From NCBI RefSeq assembly GCF_009914755.1, contig NC_060932.1: DNA of 64,000 bases. One strand, 5' to 3'. Below the pieces are notes generated by a model. That model searched no databases. It was not told the DNA's origin and was given only the letters and a program-made list of their open reading frames with translations. A program made the position numbers and the translations under genes. Below are positions 1 through 14,988 of this stretch, piece by piece. Every line of letters starts with the position of its first letter. Position 1 is the stretch's first letter. The stretch comes from the human T2T-CHM13v2.0 reference genome, Homo sapiens.

Positions 1-15
1 TGAAATGCAACTTCA

Positions 16-1896
<1,881 letters not shown>

Positions 1897-2549
1897 CTAA
1901 ACATCATTTTTGTAAAGTGTTTCTAAAGGATATTCAATTGATCTTAAATTTAATTTCAAATACCAGAAAAAGAATGTCATTTCAAATGAAGGGAAAGGTA
2001 TTTAATTTGCTATCTTTTAAGGGATACACGTGGCTACACAGATACGCTGACAACACAAATGCTGCAATTAATCGGTGCATCTTCTGGATACCTCCGATCT
2101 TTTATCTGCAATTGCTACTACTAAAATGCAAATACCAGTTTTATTTTCAACTATGTGCTTTTTGCTATAAACAATACAAATAATATTCTTCATTCCCTAC
2201 TGAGTATTTAAATAAATAGAATCTATTTGAATATTCTTTCCCTAAAATGAATGTTAACACTCACTTATGAAGCAGAATGAATAACAGTTTGGTCTACAGA
2301 GGAAAACAAAATATTCAGAATCAATCTTTCATTAAAACATCACTGTAATAACATATGCGTCCAAATACACCAAACCTATATTTCAAATGTTGATCTGTCT
2401 CAAATGTTAACTACACAGAATGTTTTCATTAAAATATTTTATTTATTTATTCATTTAAAAGACTATTTTTGAGAGCCACTGTGTGTCAGGTCCTGTTCTA
2501 GGTAAGGGCTTAGTGAATAAATGAGACAAAATCCTCGCACACATGGGGC

Positions 2550-2900
2550 TGGATATGATTTGGCTGTGTCCCCACCTAATTCTCATTTTGAATCCCACGT
2601 GTTGTGGCAGGGATCTGGTGGGAGGTAATTGATCATGGGGGCAGGTCTTTCCTGTGCTGTTCTCAGGATAGTGAATAAGGCTCAGGAGGTCTGATGGTTT
2701 TCTAAGGGGGAGTTGCCCTGCACAAGCTTTCTCTTTGCCTGCTGCCATCATGTAAGACGTGACTTGTTCCACCTTGCCTTCGCCATGATTGTGAGGCCTC
2801 TCCAGCCATGTGGAACTGTAAGTCCATTAAACCTTTTTCTTTTATAAATTGCCCAGTCTTGGGTATGTCTTTATCAGCAGTGTAAAAACAGACTAATACA
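2550..2900 (+). mobile_element. THE1A-like MaLR solo LTR
   Basis: Begins (t)ggatatgatttggctgtgtcccca and ends gactaataca; about 350 bp; 5-bp TSD ggggc/ggggt. Confidence 0.88.
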
Positions 2901-2939
2901 GGGGTTATGTTTTATGGAGGAAAATTTTTTAAAATTATT

Positions 2940-3057
2940 ATTTTTTTGAGACAGGATCTCACTCTGTTGTCCAGGCCGGAGTGCAGTGATGTGATCATAG
3001 CTCACTGCAACTTCCAACTCTGGGGCTCGAGTGATCCTCCCACCTGAGACTCCCAAA
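2940..3057 (-). mobile_element. FLAM/AluJ monomer fragment
   Basis: tttttgagacaggatctcactctgttgtccagg...gtgatcctcccacctgagactcccaa is a single Alu arm. Confidence 0.8.
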
Positions 3058-3549
3058 AATTAATGTGATTTGATGATGGGTAATTTAACACAAGATAGAG
3101 GGGTATAGAGAGATGGATGGAGGAGGAGGCAGTGAAGAAAATGCCCTGAAGGAAGATGGCAATCAGCCCTTCGAAAAGGAGATGTGATCCCAGTGTGCCG
3201 GGCAGGGCAGTGAGGGACAAATGGGCAGAGGTGGTTTGGAGCAGAAGGGAGGCCCTGCCTGTTGGGCTTCCTGTTTGTGCAGAGTGATGCAGGAAGAAGG
3301 CACTGCAGAGCTTTGGAGGAGACCTGGTGTCATCTGACTACAGACTTAAAAGATCTCTCTGCAACTTTGGAAGAGCAGAGGCAGGTGAAAAGTGAGTCCC
3401 AGGAAATTCAGGGTGGTTTCTCTGGACACCAGTCCCAAAAGTGCATTGGTTTTACTTTTAGAATTCTTCATGGGCTTGCACTTTATTATCTTGCAGGGGC
3501 CAAGAGCAAATTCTTTGTGGGGTATTTTTTAGTAACCTAACTACTTCCT

Positions 3550-4604
3550 TTCCTTTTCTTTATTTCCATAGGTTTTGGGGGGAACCCAAGCAGTATATGC
3601 TGCGTTCATTTTGTAGTCTTCTATTCCTCATCCCCTTCACACCCTTTCCCCGAGTCCCCAAGGTCCATTTTATCATTCTTATGCCTTTGCATCCTCATAG
3701 CTTAGCTCCCACTTATGAGTGAGAACATATGATGTTTGGCTTTGCATTCCTGGGTTACTTCACTTAGAATAATAGTCTCCAATCTCATCCAGGTTGCTGC
3801 GAATGCCATTAATTCATTCCTTATTATCGTTCAGTAGTAGTCCATCATATATATATATACGTGTGTATATACGTGTATATACACACGTATATATACACGT
3901 ATATATACACGTACATATATACACGTGTATATATACACGTGTATATACGTGTATATATGTGTGTATATACCTGTATATATACACGTATATATACACGTAT
4001 ATATACGTGTATATGTATATATGCACGTATATATGCACGTATACATGCACGTATATATGCACGTATACATGCACGTATACATGCACGTATATATGCACGT
4101 ATATATGCACGTATATATGCACGTATATATACACGTATATATGCACATATATATACACGTATATATGCACGTATATATACACGTATATATGCACGTATAT
4201 ATACACGTATATATGTATACGTGTATATACACGTATATATACGTGTATATACACGTATATATACGTGTATATACACGTATATATACGTGTATACGTGTAT
4301 ATACACGTATATATATACATATATACACGTATATATACACACGTATATATACATATATACACGTATATATACACACGTATATATACATATATACATATAT
4401 ACACACGTATATATACATATATACATATATATACACACGTATATATACATATATACATATATATACACACATATACATACATACACACACACACACCACT
4501 GTTTCTTTATCCACTCATTGATTGATGGGCATTTGGGTTGGTTCCACATTTTTGCAATTGCAAATTGTGCTGCTATAAATATGTGTGTGCAAGTATCTTT
4601 TTCA
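3550..4604 (-). mobile_element. 5'-truncated L1 (L1PB1-like 3' end) carrying an expanded internal microsatellite
   Basis: L1PB-type 3' sequence (cttagctcccacttatgagtgagaacat; ccactcattgattgatgggcatttgggttggttccac). TSD taacctaactacttcct (3533-3549) / taacctaaccactttct (4605-4621). Confidence 0.85.
3846..4496. repeat. Compound alternating purine/pyrimidine array; units such as ACACGTATATAT, GCACGTATATAT, ACGTGTATAT
   Basis: Read directly. It produces the six spurious Y/I/H/V/T/C-rich ORFs in the track. Confidence 0.97.
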
Positions 4605-5264
4605 TAACCTAACCACTTTCTAATCAAGCTGTCAGTTTTGGCAATGTTTGTAGAAGTGACTCAGAACTGAATTTCCAGATGGTTTGAAGGTCTGCTGTGA
4701 GGGATATAGAAACGTTCAGAGGTTGATCCAGAGATGTTATATTGCATTCAAGAGGAGAAACTTTACTTCTAAGTGTCTGGGAATATCAAAGAAGTGAAGT
4801 TTGATACATTATCACACTAGCATGAAGATGTTGAATACATAGGATATCACCAACTTCTGTGAAGCAGAAGAGCACACACACAAAATGCAGATATTTGGTT
4901 GAGGTTCAAGGTACACTGCTAACGTCACACCTCAGGCTACCAAACAAAGATGATCCTTACAGAGTCAGCTCTACGAAAGCAAAATGTTCCTAATGCAACA
5001 CAAGCCAAATACATCTATAGAGAACACCTTTGCTTAAAGATAGTTCTTGGAGTTTAGGTTGTTGAACAGAGATGGGAATGGATTTACTTAAATTTAATGC
5101 TTGGGATGCCTTGAATGAGCGTCTGTCACTGAAACTGACAGTGAGTTCAAAACGCTGCATGGTTTATAATAGAAAAGAGCTCTTGTTTGTTGTGGGCTCT
5201 CCATTGGGAAGCTGGGCTGGGCGCCCAGGGTCCTGGCATAGCACAAATCTGTGCAGTCAGGAGT

Positions 5265-5440
5265 CCAGACACCACATTTGGTTTTGAATCCCCCAGTGTT
5301 TGCTGGGCCACTGTGATCAATTTAGTCTCATCAAGCCTCAGTTTTCACATTATGAGCTTCCTACTTCCTACCTCAAAGGGTGGCCATGAGAATTAAAGAA
5401 TAAGATTCATGGAAATTACCTGGTATATTGCACTGGAAAT
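5265..5440 (+). mobile_element. MIR SINE fragment
   Basis: MIR core-like ttgaatccc...aagcctcagttttcacat...ctacctcaaagggtggccatgagaattaaa. Confidence 0.6.
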
Positions 5441-6139
5441 ACAATTATTACTATGATTATTAGCAAGCCTTAAATGTTTCATTCTGCCTCTGTGATACTA
5501 AAGTTTACAATTTCTCCTTAGAGTAAAATAAATTATGGCATTTTGGGGATACTATTTTTAATATTAATTAACTCAGGGAGCTCTACTGTGCAGAGGTTTC
5601 AGAAATTAAATGAGGGTGAGGGTCTTTCTGCTTTCCATGCTGAGGATCAAGAGAGACCTGTGGTTAGCTGATCCCACCAAAGAGGCTGATGTTTGTTTAT
5701 CCTGATGCATGGCTACGGCTGGCCGTGGACAGAACCTGTGTTGGACAAGTCCCTTATCAGGCATTAGGGGTTGACAAGTAACTGTCAAAGTAGCACGGTC
5801 CAAACTCAGTAGGTTTGTGTGTTTCACCTAGCTTTTGTCCTTTAGTTATAGAAGAAATGTAAGCATGTTTCATGATTATGCCAGCGATGTTTCATTTGGG
5901 GGAACTATCTTGGAATATTTTGCATTCTTGACTTCTTACACACTGAGTGTCACTACTGCCTCCAAATTATGGTGACAAAATTCACACAAGTTTTGCAATT
6001 TTATTTGAGGTTCATATCACCTTCAGGTAGAGTAGAAGATGAGTAAGATACTGTTGACAATGATACAGTATGTGTGTCAAACCCCCTTCTCTCTATGTCA
6101 GAGACGATTTTAACACATTTTCTTAGAAACAAACACTAC

Positions 6140-6443
6140 AGCCAGATGCGGTAGCTCACGCCTGTAATCCTAGCACTTTGGAAGGCCGAGGTGGGATGAT
6201 CACTTGAGATCATGAGTTGGAGACCAGCCTGGCCAACATCATGAAACCCTATCTCTACTAAAAATACAAAAATTAGCCGGGAATGGTGGTGCACGCCTGG
6301 AATCCCAACTACTGGGGAGGCTGAAGCAGGAGAATTACTTGAAACCAGGAGGTGGACGTTGCAGTGAGCCAAGATCGCGACACTGCAGTCCAGCCTGTGT
6401 GACAGAGCGAGACTCCGTTAAAGAAAAGAAAAAAAAAAAAAAA
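6140..6443 (+). mobile_element. AluS element
   Basis: Two arms, A-rich linker, poly(A); TSD agaaacaaacacta/agaagcaaacacta. Confidence 0.93.
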
Positions 6444-6492
6444 AGAAGCAAACACTATGATTTGGTATCAATTCAAAGACTGATGCACCTAA

Positions 6493-6495
<3 letters not shown>

Positions 6496-6526
<31 letters not shown>
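6496..6526 (+). repeat. Pure A31 tract
   Basis: 31 consecutive A, outside the adjacent Alu's TSD. Confidence 0.95.
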
Positions 6527-6528
<2 letters not shown>

Positions 6529-7409
6529 CTGTACAAACTATCTCTTCCAAATTATTGAACTAGATATAAGATTTGATAATGAAGGGGCCTACGGAAAATA
6601 TTGTTTAAGGATCATTCCGAAGAGCTTACATAGTCCAGTTACAAATACTGTCACACCTCCCTCTCTTCCCCAAAATACATCACACAGAAATTTTCTCTGT
6701 TGCTCTAGCTATATTCCCAAACATGCCATGTTGTGCCTCAGTTCAGGTTCTCACCCCTCACTGTCTATCATCATTTGCCATCATTGACGCTCTTGGGGTC
6801 CTCTCATCGCTCCCCATGCTGCATCCCATTTTCTGTGTTGCAGCCAAACTATTTTCTCAAACTCCAGTGCTAAGGATAACCGTACCTTGCTTGAAATTTT
6901 TCTGGTGACCAACTTTGTTCTTAGTCCAGATCCTATCCAGGACTCAGGAACCATGTGTGATGTGAACATCGCTGTTTTCTCCTAGGACATATCTCGTTAG
7001 TTCTTTCCCGGTGTTTCACAATCCAGACTTGCTACAATTTCTTTTAGTGCCTGAGGGTGTCTCCCCTCTTCAGCCTTCACACCTGCTGTAAATATTTAGT
7101 CCATTCTTTCCTCTGTTGTCTTATTTAACCATGCACTGTTGATATTCTAATTCAGTCTGCGCTTGCTCGGGGATGGCCTGTATCCTACGTGTCTCTAGCA
7201 CCACTCTCTTTTCTGCGGCAAGACCTGTCACTCTGCATTATATGTACTTTTTGTGCTTTACTGTAAGCCCTGGCAGGGTCTATCTTGGTGATTGTTAAAT
7301 CTGTAGCACCTGTTCAGAGTCAACACACAACAGATGCTTTTCTAAATTATTGTTCTTATTAAACTTGCAATTTAATGATTTTTATTCGCACTCACATTTA
7401 CATACTAAA

Positions 7410-7946
<537 letters not shown>

Positions 7947-8306
7947 TTGTATGTCACATTTATAGGTGTGTGTGTATTATATGTTGTATTTATATGAAGA
8001 TTTTATATATTCTGGAGAATCTGATGAAGCTCAGTCCCTTTTTATTCTTTATTTCAGACTGAGATCTGGAAAAATGGAAAAGTATACAAGTAATAAATGG
8101 AAGACAAAACTTCTTTATTGGTAAAATGGATCTATGTTGTTTAGAAACATATCCCCAAGTTTTCATGAGAATAAGTGAGATTTTTTAAATTGCCAAAGAA
8201 GATTTTGAGTTGCATATGATATTTAATTTTTGGCACTTACAATGAGTAGCCACTAGCTACAGTGACTTTTCACACTTGTCAATTCTTTTTAAAAATAAGT
8301 GTTCTT

Positions 8307-8611
8307 GGCTGGGCGCGGCGGCTCACGCCTGTAATCCTAGCACTTTGGGAGGCGGAGACAGGTGGATCATGAGGTCAGGAGATCGAGACCATCCTGGATA
8401 ACATGGTGAAACCCCGTCTCTACTAAAAATACAAAAAATTAGCCGGGCGTGTTGGGGGGCGCCTGTAGTCCCAGCTACTCGGGAGGCTGAGGCAGGAGAA
8501 TGGTGTGAACCTAGTAGGCTGGAGCTTGCAGTGAACCGGGACTGCGCAACTGCACTCCAGCCTGAGCCACAGAGCCAGACTCCGTCTCAAAAAAAAAAAA
8601 AAAAAAAAAAA
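8307..8611 (+). mobile_element. AluY element
   Basis: AluY diagnostics (gagatcgagaccatcctgg, gaatggtgtgaacc, ggagcttgcagtga), many intact CpGs, TSD aagtgttctt. Confidence 0.92.
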
Positions 8612-11600
8612 GTGTTCTTTAGATATAGTTTAGAAAACTGGCCCTTTAACAAAACAAATAACAGAGGACCAAATACTACAAGAGAAATAGAGAAAAAGAA
8701 CTCTGAAGGTAGAAATAAATGAATGTGGACTATGATGGATTTTTAAACATCCAATTTCCACATAAGAATGTATTCGGTGTATACTTGAATTTCAAAAAGA
8801 GCTAAGAAGGCAGAAAGGAATGAGACATAACTGTGCCTTCAGAAGCATAGTTAGCACGCTTGCTTGTTTCCTTTTGTGTAGTCAACCATGGGTGTCCCAG
8901 GAGCTACATGGAAACACGTCCAGGGAGTTGCCTGGTCCTTTAGATTCTGCTGTGGCCACATCCCCTGCTAACACCATTTCTCATGTTGATGGCAGGTCAG
9001 GCAAGGCAGCACTGTACATGGACACAAGACAGCTAGTACAGAACTCACTGAGCCTACACTGCTGTGTGTTCTTTGTTCTCTGTGACCTGTCTCCACAAGT
9101 AGATGAGAACTCCATGAATGACAGCTTTATCAGGTTCTTTCTCTTCCCTTCCAAAACCACTTATGAAAGTTCTTTGTATAAAACCGCTCAATGAATAAAA
9201 CTAAATTCTAAAATTAGGTTCACCCATAGTCATGTATATGAACAGCAATTTCTCTAAATCTCAATAGATGACTATTGGATTATATAAGCTGATATCCCTG
9301 AATTTTAGTGAGAATGATTTACCAAGAGTTTAAATCACACCACGTTCTGCTCCCACGGTTGTGCTTGCATTACCAAATTTATTCTGGATGGGGTAATACA
9401 ATTTCTGTTTGACATATGAAATATAGCAGGTTGCTGCAGTCTTTGTTACCATGAAGAGTTGAGATTCTTCAAGTTATCACAAAATAGATGTACTATGATG
9501 ATGTTCCATAAATAAGAGGGACCTTTAAATTCCATACGGTTTGCTACTGGATTGCAATTAATATTCTGCAGAAAACACTCTGCTGTAGCTGTTCAGGAAA
9601 TATTTCTTAAAAATAGTGGAAAACATTTAGATTTCAGACAGCTAACTTTTTATCTCCCAAAATAGCAGACCAAAACTCTTATTGCCTGTGTAAGATATTT
9701 ACACAACTTCTTATATGCTTATTCGTATGAAAGCAATGTTGTCTAGCTTGTATGTCTGCCTTTTTTCTCATGTGCTATTTGACTACCATCTGTATTCTGA
9801 ACTTAAGGCTTAAAAACTTTAATCACAAACTAGAATAGATAAGGTGTGTTCCAGGGCTGCCATAGCTACTACATGTGGGAAGTGTTAATGAACAGATTAA
9901 AATGGCCCAGAAATCAGTACATGCTTCCATTTTCGCTGAAGAGAGAGTGAGTAAAAGCAACAGTTTCTTGTGCAACTGACCACACTGTGCCTGCTCTTAG
10001 ATTCTCATTTTTTTTCCCTGAGACTTTCACTCAGAAATCCCTAAACTAATTGATATATTTTCATCACCTTCGGAAAACAAGATTGCAGCACATAAATGGA
10101 AGTCTACAGACCCTGTTTTTTGGAGACAGTGTGAGAACATGTCCACGCGGTATGGACGTGGCACATGCTCCCGGCATTACTGAAAACCATATGACACAGC
10201 ACAACCCAGCACTTGGACAGACATGGAGCCTCCCATGACTCTCTCCTTGTCCGTCACCATCAGTGACATAAGCCCAGAAAGTAGCGGATTGCTGTTACAG
10301 TGGCCTGTGCTTGTTAAAATGATGTGTGATCGTGCTTAATTATGGTGCTCAGGGAAAATTCGGTTGTGTACATGAAATACCATGTTTGCTTTTCATACAA
10401 ATGTGCTTTGTTTGACTGAAACAAGAATGAGATGATTCCAAAGGTGTAGTCAAAAGCTAAGATGGAGCGGGAACTACACCTGCTGTGTTTTTCCTTCCCT
10501 TTTGTGGCCCCAGTGTGAAATGCTGGACTCTGGAAATTCGGGCTATAAGTAACCACAGAAATGAACTGTCTCAGCAGCTCATCTCGCTTGTCTCATGGAG
10601 ACCATGAGAGTATAGATTTTCAAACTTGTTTATAGCACTGTCCAAATTATTTATTAGTGCTGTTGGAATTCAGAACTTTGTTGGTGATCCTGCCCAGAAA
10701 ACTAAGAGACTGGATGTCAGAGAGCACTTACTGGGAAAGCAACAATTTTATTCAAGATATTGGTCAGCTATAATCATGGAGTCATATTTACTTGGCCAAA
10801 TTCCCTGACGGTCCCGCTGATCTAGTAACCCGATTTGGGTATATAAAAGCATTGATTTTGAGCTGAAGATTCAGATCCAACAATGTCCTGTGTCTCAGCT
10901 CAACAGGTCTGTCTGCCATAACCTGCAACGTAATGAGAAGCAGGTTTTCCAGTGATCCCACTGCCCTGCACCAGAGCAAGAGAAATCTACATTAACATCA
11001 CAGGGCATCTCCATTGAATTTCCAAATTGGTGATCATGCAGACACACGGGATTGCACAAACTAATGTCAGACCATAGTAGGAAATGAGAAGGAAGAATGA
11101 GTCATTTTAAAGGATAGAATTTTTCCTTTTTAATATTATAGATTTCTTTTAAAGACATAGAAAACGAATACAACAGCCAAGGTAGTAATGAAAAGCACCT
11201 CAGAATACATGAAAGGTATGCATAATGCAATTTTACTTTCCAGAATTAATTAGTAGAAATTTAGTCCTGAAAAATCATCTTGCTATAGTGTTCCTTTCAC
11301 TTACATTATACTCGAGGCATACAAATAGTTAATGCTCTGCTGTGTCTGTTGCCACTGTTTAAGGCTGAAACGCCAGCTAGGAACCTCATGGAGGTCGAGG
11401 CTTCTCAATGACGCAAGCTGCGCTGTTCTCTAATTCTTAACTCAGCAGGAACTGAACTTTTTGCCTTATCAAGTAACACATTTCTGAGCACCTAAGTGGT
11501 CATCCTCACAGAAGGATACTATCAGGCTTACAATCTGCACCAACCAGATGCTCCTGGTTGATTCTTGAGTTCAGGTTCACTGTAAACTTCAAAAATAAAA

Positions 11601-12489
11601 CTAACTCCACTGCCGTTTCCAAAATGAATAATTGAAAATGAAGGATGAAGGTGCTGATCACCAGATGAAGCCAGATGAACAAAATAGGAATAAAAATTTA
11701 CTATTCTAGAATTTCTGTTTTTCAAGTAATAAAAATACACACATATTTGTATTTTTAAATAAGCATATAGACTGATTTTTAATAAAAACTCTATGTATTT
11801 GTGTTTGCCTGTCAGGAGGAGGATATTCAAGTAACCCTCAGCTAACTAGGAAATTCTGAAACCTGGAAAATCCCACGTCTGGCCAATTGCTATAGATTCG
11901 TAACCCCTTTTATCAACAGGATTGAGAAGCAAATAAATAGGAAAAAAAAAGTGGAGAAATAATTCAGATTACTTTCGTCACCTACAACGTTCTAATCAAA
12001 TACCAAATAGCCAACATGTCAAGAAAAAAATCTGCATATCTAGATTCATTAAAAGAAATAATCTTCATCAATACAGTTTTGCATAAATTAATTGCTTTAT
12101 TTTCCTGCTACTTCTAGACCACAGTCTGGAAGCAGGATAGCAAAGTGAGTAGAAATATAGACTCTTGGAATAGATCCTGTTTTAGATGGAATCTCAGCAA
12201 CATCAATTATCTGTGTGACTTCCTGTGAGTTGCTAGAAGTACCTGTTTACCTAATTGTGGATAATAATCGTTCGCATCTCCTTAAAGATCCAATGCATGA
12301 GAAGCCAATGCACAGTGCCTAAATAGAGCCCAGGGTATATTAAGTTCTATCTCTTTGCTATTATTATTAACATCATCATTGATATTACTTTTAATTTCAA
12401 TAGTTGGGAAGTCATTCAACTTAAGAAAAGCCAAGCTAAGTCCTCAAAATTATTTGATAAAAGTCCTTAAAAGATACAACTACTTTATG

Positions 12490-12915
12490 ATATTCCTGGA
12501 AAACGTATAACCCCAGTCTAACCACAAGAAAAGCATCAGATAAATACAACCTGAGGAATAGTCTACACAATACCAACCAGGACTCCTCAAAATACCCAAG
12601 ATCATCAAACCAAGGAAAGGCAGTAACAATTCAGAGGGACCAGATGAGGCAAGACAGTTAACTCAGGGTGGATCTGGGTGGTTCCTGGGACAGGAAGAGG
12701 ACACTAGGAAAAAAAAAAAAAAGCCATGGAAATCTGAATAAAATACGACCTTCAGTTAATAACGTTTCCATGTTGTGATGCATGTACCTAACGATATAAA
12801 GTATTAAATATAGGGAAACTGGCTGTGGGGTGGACAGAAATGCTCTGTACTATCTTTGCAACTTTTCTTTAAACCTAAAACTACTTTAAAATCAAAAATG
12901 TTAATTTGAAAAAAG
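12490..12915 (+). mobile_element. L1MC/L1MD-type 3' end fragment
   Basis: ggactcctcaaaatacccaagatcatcaaaccaaggaaagg...gtactatctttgcaacttttc...aaacctaaaact. Confidence 0.65.
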
Positions 12916-13926
12916 AAATCAGTGTTGTTTTTAAATGTGTACTACTGTTCTGGTTAAAAATTAGTCAAATTCTAAACTTTTGGGTCTTAATACCTTTGTC
13001 ACGCTTGCAATGATTCCTTTTAGGCACAGGTTATGGAATACTAAGACTTTGAACATTCTATTACTTTCACCATTCTGTGCATGGATTGAAAACATTCCTT
13101 AAACACATAAAGATGGTACTTGTTCACGCTCCAATATATTAAAAATAATAAGTAAAATGCTTCCCATGATTGAGAAAAATCACTCTTTCCTGTTTCTCTT
13201 GGTCCAGTTATCTAATAATCAGAATTTATTATATATTAAAGAGACTAATACTGCCTATTTATAGTTTTCCTCTGTGCTGTAGATTATTAAAAAAAAGACA
13301 CTAAAAGCTGTGTAAAGTTTTACTGTGGTGGTGGTCATTTTATTACAATAACTGAAGACGAAGCTTCATTTGCTGATTCTATGCTCATTTTCAGTATGAA
13401 AAAATGAAAATTACATCTTTAACATTCTATTAAATTGATGGGCAATTTCTTTTCTTAAACTCATACTACAAGACAGTTGAAACCAAGTCTGGAGGAAAAT
13501 GCAGAGTCATTAAAGTATAAAAGGTGGTGGTCTTCAGAGACTGGATCCAGGGATTGGCCCTGAGTAGGTCCTCCACAAGGAAACAGTTGGATATAGGACG
13601 AGAAGGACTGCTCTGAGCCCACATTCCTGAGGGAGCCACACATTGAATGGGCAGAGATAAAGGAATGACCAAATGCAAATGAGAGTTACTATATACAATC
13701 CCAGGTTGTGATTAAGAAAAGAGAAACATCATTCTCTACCTTATCAAAGACTTCATTTTATTTACACAAAACAAAGAATAGAGGAGTTCTCACTATGAAA
13801 ATAACAATTTTGTAGACTTTAGTAACATCAGCCAATTCAAGATAATATTTAGCCTGTTTGATTATGTGTTAAACCCCAAGATAAAAAAAATCCCCAGATT
13901 TCTAAATTATAAATTCTACAGATGTC

Positions 13927-14222
13927 TTTTTCTTTTTTTTGAGACAGTGTCTTGCTCTGTTGCCCAGACTGCAGTGCACTGCTGTAATCCTGGCTCGCTA
14001 CAACCTCCACCTCCCAGGTTCAAGCAATTGTCCTGTCTCAGCCTCCAGAGTAGCTGGGACTGCAGGTGCATGACACCATGCCCAGGTAATTCTTGTATTT
14101 TTCGTACAGACAGGGTTTCACCATATTGGTCAATCTGGTTTCTAACTTCTAACTTCAGGCGATCCACCCACCTTGGCCGCCCAAAGTGCTGGGATTACAG
14201 GCGTGAGCCACGGCGCCCGGCC
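13927..14222 (-). mobile_element. AluS element
   Basis: Reverse Alu; TSD ctacagatgtctt (13916-13928) / ccacagatggctt (14223-14235). Confidence 0.92.
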
Positions 14223-14348
14223 CCACAGATGGCTTAGAGTATTAGCCACCACAACCGGCCCCACAGATGGCTTAGAGCGTGAGCCACCGCGCCCGGCCCC
14301 ACAGATGTCTTAGAGCGTGAGCCACCATGTCCAGCCCTGATGTCCTAG
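14201..14348. repeat. 38-bp minisatellite, about 4 copies (consensus gcgtgagccaccgcgcccggccccacagatggcttaga)
   Basis: Units start at 14201, 14239, 14277 and 14315 (last one degenerate). Confidence 0.92.
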
Positions 14349-14988
14349 CGTGGATTCTATCATCTACACCTATCTACCCTTCCCATGACTAGATGATCAA
14401 TGAAATCTCCAAGGTCACTCTACTCTGCGCCAGTGTTTCATTCCTTTGAAACTTAGTTTCACTTATTTTCAGTCTTGTTGCCTCTCACCATGAAGGGGCT
14501 GCTGTTTCCTCAAGGGCTGGACTCACACTTAGCCACTCAGCATTCTTGATGGCATACAATTATGGGTACCTGATCAATGCTCAGCCAATAATTTGGGGTT
14601 TGTTGAGGGAGTTGGAAAAAATGAGCCAGAAGTTAAACCTGAAAGAGGAACCAAGAATCTTGGATTTGGGGCCACTTTCCACATTGTTCTTCCACTCACT
14701 TTTCCCAAAATGCCTATTGAAAGAATCTTTCAAAAATATCATGTGCATTTCAGTAATTCTTATAATTGAGTCTGTCTGAAAGCATTTTAAAAGGTATACT
14801 ACTGAAGAAATCTATTGTAAGACACAAACAGAAGACAGAAGACAAAACAGTAAATTTTGAAAAAGAGCATGTTACAATAGGGCTAGACCATGATCTGTCT
14901 TTTGGGAATCAAGTGGGAAATAAATTAAATATTTCAAATCTATTTTCGATGCATTTTTCTGATGCCAGTGATTTTATGTATTTTTCAT

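Larger units (their letters stand above)
2440..3430 (-). mobile_element. L2 LINE remnant interrupted by a THE1 LTR and a FLAM/AluJ fragment
   Basis: tatttttgagagccactgtgtgtcaggtcctgttctagg resembles the L2 3' end; L2-like sequence resumes after the insertions. Boundaries approximate. Confidence 0.55.

Noticed and set aside
2796-2812. PRDM9 hotspot motif in the THE1A LTR
   Set aside because: It reads cctctccagccat rather than CCTCCCTNNCCAC; key positions mismatch.
3794-4627. Six 198-260 aa ORFs covering all frames
   Set aside because: Alternating R/Y sequence cannot contain TAA, TAG or TGA, so the open frames are a compositional artefact.
13461-13678. Possible extra coding exon or processed-pseudogene fragment
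   Set aside because: No recognisable protein similarity; the sequence looks like decayed L2, and the CSMD1 frame is complete without it.
14201-14348. CRISPR-like repeat-spacer pattern (constant ccccacagatggcttagag with variable intervening sequence)
   Set aside because: The apparent spacers are mutated copies of the same Alu terminus, not unique sequences, and there are no cas genes.
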